A DNA stretch of 64,000 nucleotides from an uncultured Methanosarcinales archaeon (GTDB lineage: Archaea; Nanobdellota; Nanobdellia; Woesearchaeales; CAYMBN01): assembly GCA_964388715.1 (NCBI GenBank), contig CAYMBN010000002.1, positions 80,704-144,703 on the forward strand. The letters run 5' to 3'. Each line of letters starts with the position of its first letter. Positions within the stretch are counted from its first letter, which is position 1. The translations under genes were made by a program, and so were the position numbers. The notes beneath the pieces were generated by a model. That model saw only the letters and a program-made list of their open reading frames with translations, made no database searches and was not told the origin of the DNA. Positions 1-10,100 of this stretch are shown in pieces.

Positions 1-1986
1 GTCAATATCAATGTTAGGATTGTCTGGTTCGTGTATAATTGTTGGTGCAACTGCGCAAGTGCTTGATGTGTCATAGAAGTAAACACTTGCATTGGTTGGT
101 TCTGTTGTAATCCACATTAATAAACTTGAATTTGTTGTTACATCTTTTGTATGGTGTTTTATTCTTGGTGGTTGTGTGTCTGAAGCTGGATTGTAAACAC
201 CTGAACATGAAGGCCATAATCTACAATCTTCATCATTGCAATCAACTTTGCTATCATAATCTTCGTCAACATTGTCAAAGCAGTTTGTTTCTATTTTGAA
301 GAAATCATACTGTACATCATATTGTGAGTCACATGATTCTGGGTATAGGTTACAATCAATAGGTGTGAAGTTATAATAACCTGAACTGTTTTCTGTTCCG
401 TCTGTACTGTAATTAAATGATGAGAAATTAGTGTAACAGAATGAATAGTTTGAATCCCATGCGCAAGGTTCTATGCTTAAATTACATGAAATTAATGTTA
501 AACATTCACCACAATGATCATCACAGTCCATTGAATCCCAGTCAGGGTTACAATATTGTGTATCATTGTTCCATACACAACTTGCATTTAAACATCCTGT
601 TTCATTTCCATCTTGTGATGGGCAATTTGAATAATTACCTGAAGCATTTCCAATTGCTACAAGTGAGGATGAAGACCATGAACTATATAATTGACTATCA
701 TAACCTCTAGCAGTACAGTTCCATGTTGAATCATATGTGACAATGCCTGGGTTAACTGTTTTGTTTGTGTAACATACTGTGTTATTGTCGCATGGAACTG
801 TTGTTGTCCAGAAATTCTTGAGTATACTGTTTTTGTACCATCTGAATGTTACATTTATTGTTAATGAAGTATCGTCAGTTACATTTGTTGAACAGTTTAA
901 TGTAGTGTTTGCACTTGGTGATGCAGGAATTATCTGTGGTGTTGTTAATGTTGGTGCAGTGTTTGCAGCTGGTATATTGAATTTGTGTGTTGTTGCTAAT
1001 GAATTTATGTTGCCTGAGGTATCATTACATTTGTAATATAATGTATAATTATTTTCATTGGATAAACCTGAGTAATTGAACCAATGTGCTGTTGTACCTG
1101 TTGTTGTGAATGGTGTTGCTTGTGTTGCATAGTTAAATGTTTCATTTGTTAGATTATATCTACAGTTTGCATTTGCTGTTGTTGTGATGTTAATCCATGT
1201 CCAGGTTGTGCCAGCAGCAACTTGTGAGTTGTTTGTTGGGCTTACTATTGAGATTAGTGCTCCTGTTACTGTTAAATTAGCTGTTTTTGATGCATTAAAG
1301 CCTAGGTAACTTGCATTGACACTTATAGCATATGTTGATGATGATATTGGTGCTGTGAGTGAAAGGTTGTATTCTCCGTATGAATCTGTTAACCATAGTG
1401 TTTGTTGTGATGTATTTTGTTCTTTTGTGTAGAATATTTTTGTGATTAATCCTGATTTAAAGTTGTAGGTTGTGCTAACTAAGTTGTTGTCTGAATCTGT
1501 TACATTTACTGTTACATTCCATTGGCCATACTTTGTTACTTTGTATGAATTTGATTCCCAGTATGAGCCTTGGTTTGTACCTTGGGTATTGTTTAATACA
1601 TATGTTCCGTTTGGTGCTATTATTGTGAAGTTAACTTGGGAAATGTCATTATCAGTATCTGTTACTGTTGCTCTTATTGTGATTGTTTGGTTGAATGCAA
1701 CTGGTCTTGGATTACTGTACTTATCTGTTATACTTGGTGATTGGTTTGCTGATAGTGTGTAAATATATCCTGTGTTAATTACATATAAGCTTGAGTTTAC
1801 TGCTGGACTAAATGATCCTAGTGTTGAATGTATTCTTGCTGAGTATGATGTTGAGGATGGTGTGTCTGCTATATGTCCTATTATAATGTTATCTACTGTG
1901 TAATTTGATGATGATGCATTAAATGCTAATGATAGAGGTATAAGTAGGAAAATCATTACTATCATGCTTAGTAATTTATTTTTCAT
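1..1986 (-). CDS. Secreted surface protein (N-terminal 662 aa; runs off the window) with Ig-like and Cys-rich repeats
   Basis: Not in the ORF track because there is no stop in the window. ATG at 1986 overlaps the ArsR stop (ATGA). Reads MKNKLLSMIVMIFLLIPLSLAFNASSSNY... (signal peptide), rich in NxT/S, and contains Cys-rich segments such as NCFDNVDEDYDSKVDCNDEDC. Confidence 0.85.
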   Translation of the reverse strand, partial: MKNKLLSMIVMIFLLIPLSLAFNASSSNYTVDNIIIGHIADTPSSTSYSARIHSTLGSFSPAVNSSLYVINTGYIYTLSANQSPSITDKYSNPRPVAFNQTITIRATVTDTDNDISQVNFTIIAPNGTYVLNNTQGTNQGSYWESNSYKVTKYGQWNVTVNVTDSDNNLVSTTYNFKSGLITKIFYTKEQNTSQQTLWLTDSYGEYNLSLTAPISSSTYAISVNASYLGFNASKTANLTVTGALISIVSPTNNSQVAAGTTWTWINITTTANANCRYNLTNETFNYATQATPFTTTGTTAHWFNYSGLSNENNYTLYYKCNDTSGNINSLATTHKFNIPAANTAPTLTTPQIIPASPSANTTLNCSTNVTDDTSLTINVTFRWYKNSILKNFWTTTVPCDNNTVCYTNKTVNPGIVTYDSTWNCTARGYDSQLYSSWSSSSLVAIGNASGNYSNCPSQDGNETGCLNASCVWNNDTQYCNPDWDSMDCDDHCGECLTLISCNLSIEPCAWDSNYSFCYTNFSSFNYSTDGTENSSGYYNFTPIDCNLYPESCDSQYDVQYDFFKIETNCFDNVDEDYDSKVDCNDEDCRLWPSCSGVYNPASDTQPPRIKHHTKDVTTNSSLLMWITTEPTNASVYFYDTSSTCAVAPTIIHEPDNPNIDID

Positions 1987-2453
1987 TTAATACCTCTTAG
2001 CATTTTTTTGTTTTTTATTTTGTAGAAGACAAATTTACCTTGTCTTCTAGATTCGATGATGTTTGCGTTTTCTAGCACTTTAAGGTTAAGAGAAATAGTA
2101 GGCTGGGCTTTGCCTACGATAGAAACTAGTTTTGTTGCAGCTTTTTCTCCTTTTAGAAGGGAAAGAACGATTTTTAGTCTTGTTTCATCTGCGAGTGCTT
2201 TTAAAACTTTAACATCTTGGATGAGTGTAATTATGTTTTTATCTTTTATTTTGTAGAAAATGAACTTGCCTGATCTTCTTGATGTGATGATGTTTGCGTT
2301 TTCGAGAACTTTGAGATTGAGAGAGATTGTTGGTTGTGCTTTTTTGATGATTGGAACTAATTCAGTTGCAGCGTGTTCTTTTTTTAGGAGGGATAGAACT
2401 ATCTTTAATCTAGTATTATCTGCTAGTGCCTTTAATGTTTTTACCAGCTGCAA
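1983..2453 (-). CDS. ArsR/SmtB-family regulator made of two tandem wHTH domains
   Basis: LKALAD.TRLKIVLSLL...AQPTISLNLKVLENANII.SRR.GKF.FYKIK occurs twice, 77 aa apart. No Cys residues. TTG start. Confidence 0.9.
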   Translation of the reverse strand: MQLVKTLKALADNTRLKIVLSLLKKEHAATELVPIIKKAQPTISLNLKVLENANIITSRRSGKFIFYKIKDKNIITLIQDVKVLKALADETRLKIVLSLLKGEKAATKLVSIVGKAQPTISLNLKVLENANIIESRRQGKFVFYKIKNKKMLRGIK

Positions 2454-2466
2454 CTTTTTAGCCCAT

Positions 2467-2504
2467 TATATTTATATACTTAAATATTTAAATATATAAA
2501 TATA
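2467..2504. promoter_or_regulatory. 38-bp near-perfect palindrome, candidate ArsR operator overlapping the promoter
   Basis: TATATTTATATA-C-TTAAATATTTAA-A-TATATAAATATA (one mismatch), 14 bp upstream of the ArsR start. Confidence 0.55.
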
Positions 2505-2537
2505 TAGCTTTATATATAAATTTAACTGTTTTTTTGT

Positions 2538-2658
2538 GGTTTGTCCCAAATCTCGTTCACTCAGCCAAAAATTCTATTAAAAGCAAGATATTGGCTGACG
2601 GTGCAGTCTAACGAATAGTATCCTAGCTCACTTGCCATTTGGCGACTTGGGACAAACC
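2538..2658. repeat. 121-bp MITE-like or structured element with 12-bp terminal inverted repeats
   Basis: GGTTTGTCCCAA (2538-2549) / TTGGGACAAACC (2647-2658). Inner stem TCAGCCAA (2561-2568) / TTGGCTGA (2591-2598). More GC-rich than its flanks. Confidence 0.55.
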
Positions 2659-2676
2659 CATTTTTTTTGTAGAGAA

Positions 2677-4146
2677 TTAGCTACAAATCTCTTCTTTTGG
2701 ATGATCTTTGCAGATTATTTGTTTGATTTGGTTGATTTGTCGTTGTTGTTCTATAATATAAATATGTGCTTCTTCTACTTTTTCCATAAGTAATTCATCA
2801 ATACTTCCAATTTCATATGGGCTTGCTAATTTTGCTCCTGGAAATCTTGCAAGATGTCTGTTTTCTTTTAAATATGGTTCTAGTTCTTCTAATGGTACTC
2901 TGTAATAATCTTTTGCATTTATTTTATCTTCTTCTTTTACTTTACCATCAAAAAATATATCAAATACAAAATCTAATTCAGTTACTCCGTCTTTGTAAAT
3001 TGAACCTGTTGCATTTATATCACCATCAACAGTTAATTTGTTTACAGGATTATCTGTTCCAATGCCAACTCTTTGGTTTGTATCGTTAGCAACAAACCAT
3101 CTTGCACCTTGTGTGAATAAAGGTTTAGATTCATTTCTCATTTCTTGTGATCCATTAATTAAACTAAATGAACCATATCCTTCAATGTTTTCATTATCAT
3201 CAATGTGTATGTATCTATAGTTTGGTGCGCTAGGATGATGTGCTCTTCCTGCACGGTAATCTCTTAGGATTTCTTCTTCTGTTAGGTCTCTGTTGTGTAT
3301 AAGTAAAACTTCGTCAATAGTTACATTGTTATTATTACCATTACTATCTTCACCAAATGTGATTGAACCTCCAAAATTAGTTGCATTATTTGTCCAAGTG
3401 TCGTTAACTGCAAATTTAAGGATACCATCACAGTACATTCTAAGACTTCCTGTTTCTGTTCCGACATCAGCGACATCCCAAATAACAGCAATGTGGTGCC
3501 ATCTTTTTTTTTGGTCTGTACAATGTAAATTCTGTCTTAAATAACCCATAAAATATAAATTCATGTTTCCAGCAGTGTTGTAATTATAAATCATAATTCC
3601 ATTGTTTGCATCCTGAATTTCAAACCATTCTTGTGCATTTTTTCCACCATAATGTTGAGCCCATAACATTAATGTTCCTTTTGATCTGTTAAAGCCACTT
3701 GGTGTAGTGTACATTGTTTCTGTTGTTATTGATGCGTTCATAGCACCACCAAATTTACCATTAGTGATAAAAGTAGTATTGTGGAATGTTGGTTCACCTA
3801 GGCCATAACAGTCAGTTGTTCCGTCAAAATGACACAAAAACATTAATTCACCTTCTTCAACATATGCTGGACTTTTGCCTGATTTGTTTGCAAAGTAACC
3901 ATATCTGGAGTCAAATCCATCGTTAGTGGTTATTGTGCCATTTACATCTAATTTATTGTTAGGTGATGTTGTTGAGATTCCAATCCTAGCATTGGTTTCA
4001 TCAATAAATAATCTGTCAGTGCCAAAGCTTAGGTTTGTGTTAGTAAGTTTGAGATAGTTTGTTGCTGAAGAAACTGAGATTGCTAAAGCTATTGCTATAG
4101 CTAGAAGAGATAGTGTAATTATGATTTTTTTTGGTTTGTTTTTCAT
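2677..4146 (-). CDS. Secreted LamG-domain fibre-like protein with C-terminal intramolecular-chaperone-like (S74-related) domain
   Basis: Signal peptide; two RIGI.T..P..KL.V.G repeats; LamG motifs (WHHIAVIWD, IDEVLL); C-terminal DFVF...PLEELEPYLKENRHL...LMEKVEEAHIYIIEQ followed by a coiled coil. Confidence 0.8.
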   Translation of the reverse strand: MKNKPKKIIITLSLLAIAIALAISVSSATNYLKLTNTNLSFGTDRLFIDETNARIGISTTSPNNKLDVNGTITTNDGFDSRYGYFANKSGKSPAYVEEGELMFLCHFDGTTDCYGLGEPTFHNTTFITNGKFGGAMNASITTETMYTTPSGFNRSKGTLMLWAQHYGGKNAQEWFEIQDANNGIMIYNYNTAGNMNLYFMGYLRQNLHCTDQKKRWHHIAVIWDVADVGTETGSLRMYCDGILKFAVNDTWTNNATNFGGSITFGEDSNGNNNNVTIDEVLLIHNRDLTEEEILRDYRAGRAHHPSAPNYRYIHIDDNENIEGYGSFSLINGSQEMRNESKPLFTQGARWFVANDTNQRVGIGTDNPVNKLTVDGDINATGSIYKDGVTELDFVFDIFFDGKVKEEDKINAKDYYRVPLEELEPYLKENRHLARFPGAKLASPYEIGSIDELLMEKVEEAHIYIIEQQRQINQIKQIICKDHPKEEICS

Positions 4147-4150
4147 GGTA

Positions 4151-7100
4151 TCACCTTAATCCTATTAAAACGTTTATTTTACATTCTGATTTGTAACAAG
4201 GTTGCATTGCTTTACCTAGTATTGCACCAAAATCGTTTATTGATGCTTTTTCTGCATAACCTTTTTTAGAGCTTGTTGTGAGTAATTCAAAGGATTTTAT
4301 TGGTCCTTTTACTTTTGTTTTTACAATACCAACAATACCTACTGCATATTTTCCGTTTTGGCTGTTACCAATTATTGTTGGTTTTTCTGAAACAACACCT
4401 GCAACAGCTGGGTTTGCTTTTGAATCACATTTTTTAACTTTGTAATCTGTTGTTAAGCAAACAACATCTCCTGGTTGTAGTTTTTCATCTGAGTCAAACA
4501 TTTCTGCAAAGTCTGCGCCTGATGATGTTATGTTTCCACCGATGAAGAGGTTTTCTGTTATGTTTGTGGTTCCGACAACATGTAATTCTTGATTTGGTGT
4601 TGCTGTTCCAATACCAACTTTATTTTCTGAAACATCAACAAACAAATCTGTACTGTCAACTTCTAAATCTGCACTTAATTGTAACTTATCCCATATCTCA
4701 ACTTGTCCATTTCCTCCTTCAATTGCATCTAAACTAATATTTGTTGTTGAACCTAAAATATATTTGCCAAAGTTGTTGTATATGGTTAGATTTTCATTAT
4801 TGACACTCCAATTAATGCTATTAACACTAGTTATCTGATTCCATCCCATATCCAAATGACCTGACATAGTGTCTCCTGATTCGTTTACGTAAAGGTCTGT
4901 TGCTGTTATTCCTGATAATTGTGAGCCATCTCCTATGAAATAAGTAGCACTTACATTATTTGTTACATTAACATTTTTAGCAACACTTAAATCACCGCTT
5001 GTCATGATACCTCTGTCACCAACAACAATACTATCTCCTGCGTAAATATTATGTCCTACAATCATGTTTTCTTTGACATTAATTGATGAAGCTTCTAAAC
5101 TACCTGTTGATAATGTAGGTGTTCTTATACCATCAAGTTCTGTTATTGTTAACATGTCATCATCAAGACTAGTAGTGTAGATATATTTTCCGTCAACAAA
5201 TAACCCTCTTACACTGTCAAAGAAATTTGCATCTTTTTTTCTAAGGACTTGTGTTGGGTTTGTTTTATTTGAAACATCAATTATATAAAATTCATCGTCA
5301 GACAAGTCTGTTAAATAAGCATAATCACCTTGTACTGTAATATCTGAATATTGTGCACCAGTAGCTACATCGTCATAAGTACCTACAATGTTTGGATTTG
5401 TAGGATTGCTTATATTAACAATACTCATTACACCGCCTGCTAAACAAGCTACATAAGCATAACTACCTGAAACATATACATCATAAGCACTTGGTAAGTG
5501 TGTTGAGTTTACTAAACTACCTACTATGACTGGTGAAGATGGTATTGAAACATCTATTACAAAGAATTCATGATCATCATCTGCAACAGTGTAAACATAC
5601 TTGCCTTGTGCATATACTCCGCCAACATTGTCTTCAGAGAGAGTAGATAAGAATAATATGTTGTTAGGATCTGAAATGTCATAAATATTAATTGTATTTC
5701 CAGCACCGGTTGAAAGATAAGCATATTTTCCTTGTACAAATACTTCATTTGCTCCATTAACAACTACTGTACTAATATATGAAATATTAATTGGGTTGGA
5801 AACATCAAATATTGAAAATCTGTCTGCAGTATATCCTGCAACATAAGCATATTTTCCTAAAATAAATATTCCTCTTGCATCATCAAGTAATGTAGCATTT
5901 TCATAAGTGCTTACAATTATAGGTCTTTTTTTATCAGAAATATCTATTATTGAGAAACTGTTATTGGTTGATGCAGTTACATAAGCATATTGTCCTTGTA
6001 CATAAACTTCTTTTAAACCATCAAGGACTTGTCCAGATATACTACTTATTACATTAGCACCACTTGCATTAGTTCTAAGACTTCCACTTAGATTGAATTC
6101 TCCTGTTAGGATGTCACCTGAGGAGTTTACCCAGACATCTGTTACTGATGCTGTTATTCCTGTTAATTGTGAACCGTTTCCGTAATATAATCCTGTTACG
6201 TTAAGGTCATCAGTAAGCTGAACTGTACCGCTAGTAGTAGTTAATTCTAAGTCACCAGAACTACTCTCTATAACACCTTTTGTGAACATATCACTATAAT
6301 ACATATTGATATTACCAGCAGCACCACCAGCGACTTTAAAACTATTCATACTTCCGTTCACTAATAAACTACCTACAGATAATGTGTCAGTGGCTTCATC
6401 CCAAGTAAAGTTGGCATCTGCACCCATGCTTGATACATCATTGTATTGAACTTGTGAATCAGAACCTCCTGGTGTTGCTATTACATCTGTTAATTGTGAG
6501 CCGTTTCCGTAGATTAAGTCAGTAAAGTTGATGTCTCCTTGGACTTTTAGTGTGTTTGTTGGAGTGGTTGTGTTGATGCCAACGCTTCCATTATTGTTAG
6601 TGTAAACATCATCTCTTGAAACCCATGAACCGCCAATTTCTTGATGATCATTGATACCCATTTGGTATAATGTTTTGATTTCTGTTAGTGATAAGGTTCT
6701 GTTGTAGATTCTTACTTCATCTATTGTTCCGTTGAAAAAGTGATTTGCTCCATCATTTTTACTTCCAATAGCAATAGAACCAGTTAGATTAGGTGCATCA
6801 TAAGTTTTAGCAGTGCCTAACTGAATACCATCTACATATGCCAAACCTTTTGTTGCATTAAAAGCATATACAATATGGTGCCATACATTGTTGCTAGGAG
6901 AACTTCCAAATTGTTGCCAGCTTCCGTCATAAAAAGCCAAGTCATTTGATTGATTATAATTTAAAGCTAATCTGTTGGTTTGTGAATCAAACAGCATATC
7001 ACCACTACCAGTACCACCATGATATTTTACCCAAAATGAGAAGGTATAAAGTCCACCTGTGGCAGTAAAACCTGTTAAATCAATAGAATCATTCTCACCA

Positions 7101-10100
7101 TCAAAATCTAATGCTTTTCCTACTTGACCATCAATCCAATCACTTTCATGTAAGTGGTTTAAGGTTCCATCATTACTATTTCCTGACCAATCTTTTGTTA
7201 ATGATTGGTTACCACTATCTGCATCTTCAAAAGGCATATATAATAATAGACCTTGAGTTGAAACACCTTTGATTGAAGTTGAGTTTAAAATGTAGTTGTC
7301 TCCCATAGTAAGATTACCTGTCATTGTGTCTCCTGAAGTGTTTACCCAGACGTCTGTTACTGTTGCTGTTATTCCTGTTAATTGTGAGCCATTACCATAA
7401 TATAATCCAGTTACATTAAGGTCATCAGTAAGCTGAACTGTACCGCTAGTAGTAGTTAATTCTAAGTCACCAGAACTACTCTCTATAACACCTTTTGTGA
7501 ACATATCACTATAATACATATTGATATTACCAGCAGCACCACCAGCGACTTTAAAACTATTCATACTTCCGTTCACTAATAAACTACCTACAGATAATGT
7601 GTCAGTGGCTTCATCCCAAGTAAAGTTGGCATCTGCACCCATGCTTGATACATCATTGTATTGAACTTGTGAATCAGAACCTCCTGGTGTTGCTATTACA
7701 TCTGTTAATTGTGAGCCGTTTCCGTAGATTAAGTCAGTAAAGTTGATGTCTCCTTGGACTTTTAGTGTGTTTGTTGGAGTGGTTGTGTTGATGCCAACGC
7801 TTCCATTATTGTTAGTGTAAACATCATCTCTTGAAACCCATGAACCGCCAATTTCTTGATGATCATTGATACCCATTTGGTATAATGTTTTGATTTCTGT
7901 TAGTGATAAGGTTCTGTTGTAGATTCTTACTTCATCTATTGTTCCGTTGAAAAAGTGATTTGCTCCATCATTTTTACTTCCAATAGCAATAGAACCAGTT
8001 AGATTAGGTGCATCATAAGTTTTAGCAGTGCCTAACTGAATACCATCTACATATGCCAAACCTTTTGTTGCATTAAAAGCATATACAATATGGTGCCATA
8101 CATTGTTGCTAGGAGAACTTCCAAATTGTTGCCAGCTTCCGTCATAAAAAGCCAAGTCATTTGATTGATTATAATTTAAAGCTAATCTGTTGGTTTGTGA
8201 ATCAAACAGCATATCACCACTACCAGTACCACCATGATATTTTACCCAAAATGAGAAGGTATAAAGTCCACCTGTGGCAGTAAAACCTGTTAAATCAATA
8301 GAATCATTCTCACCATCAAAATCTAATGCTTTTCCTACTTGACCATCAATCCAATCACTTTCATGTAAGTGGTTTAAGGTTCCATCATTACTATTTCCTG
8401 ACCAATCTTTTGTTAATGATTGGTTACCACTATCTGCATCTTCAAAAGGCATATATAATAATAGACCTTGAGTTGAAACACCTTTGATTGAAGTTGAGTT
8501 TAAAATGTAGTTGTCTCCCATAGTAAGATTACCTGTCATTGTGTCTCCTGAAGTGTTTACCCAGACGTCTGTTACTGTTGCTGTTATTCCTGTTAATTGT
8601 GAGCCATTACCATAATATAATCCAGTTACATTAAGGTCATCAGCTACTTTTACTAATGTGGTTGAAGAACTTAATTCTAAGTCAGCTGAACTTTGGATAA
8701 CGCTTTTTGATTGACTATTACTATGGTACATGTTTAGTTTTCCACCTGCTGGGTCTGCTAGATTAAAACCATTCATACTGTCATTGATCAATATTGATCC
8801 ACCTATTTTTAATTCATCTGTTGAAGCATTGAATGTGAAGTTTGCGTCTGCATTCATGCTTGCACCGCCACTGAATTGTACTTGTGAGACAGAACCTGAA
8901 GGAGATGCTGATGCTGCTTCACATGCTAGGTTACCTGCATTGATGTATAATCTGTTACCAGAAGTACATGATGTGTCAAAGCTGATATCTTTTTCTTCGA
9001 TAGAATCGTTGCTTAGTTTGATTACTGTTGTTACGTTTAGACTACTAACTTTTAATTCATCTGTTGTGCTGTTGAATGTGAAGTTTGCATCTGAGCTGAA
9101 TGAACTTGCATCATCTGCAAATTGTATATATGCTTCATTACCACTTGCTGATGTTGTAGTTGGTGTTGATATACAACTCCATGCACCATTGTTGTGTTCT
9201 AAGATTTCATTACTACCACAAGCTCTTATTCTAAAGGTTGTAGTGTTTAGGATTAAACCTGAGCCATTGTCATAAGTAGTACCTACATTTGTTAGTTGAG
9301 ATCCGTTGCCAATGAAATATTTTGCAGTAACATTACCAGTTACATTAATATTTGATTTAGCAGCACTTTCATTTGTACCAATATTTAAATCACCAAATAC
9401 TGTTAATGATTGGTTCTCATCAATGTAAATTCTTTTTAGATTTTCATCATGATTAATGTGTTCTGTGTCTGCAATATATTCTTGGTAGATTTCTTGGGCA
9501 GAGAGTGTTCTGTTCCAAAGAACTAAGTCATCAATTGTGCCGTTGAAGAATGTGCCATGACCACTACTTCTGTCAAACTTTCCTATAAAATTAGTGTAAA
9601 CTGGTCCGCCACCGTCTAAATCAGCAAACCAACGTCCTGAATTAGAACCTTGTTCAGCAGTGAGTGATTGGTTCACTCCATTAATATAATATGAATAATC
9701 ACTTCCATCAGAAACAAATGCTACATGATACCATGTATCACCAGTAACTGTTCCAACAGAGTTTAATCTATCTGTAGCAGCACTGCTTCTATGGTTTGTT
9801 TCTAATTTACCATTTGATAAAACTGATATAGTAAAATAATCATCAGATGCACCTAAATTTGTGTATGTTAATATGGCTCCTCCTAGATCAGTTGAAGATG
9901 TTTTTATCCAGGCTGTAATAGTACCTGCTGTTGCTGATTTGAAAATGTCTGTATTGAATTTAATATAATCATCTTTACCGTCAAAATTAAGTCCTCCTGT
10001 TGAAAACTTGCCGCTTGTTGAGGAATGTACACTATCTAAAGTAGTTCCATTATCATAGAATGTTCCATTATGACCTGAACCAGAATAATCATAAACAGTG

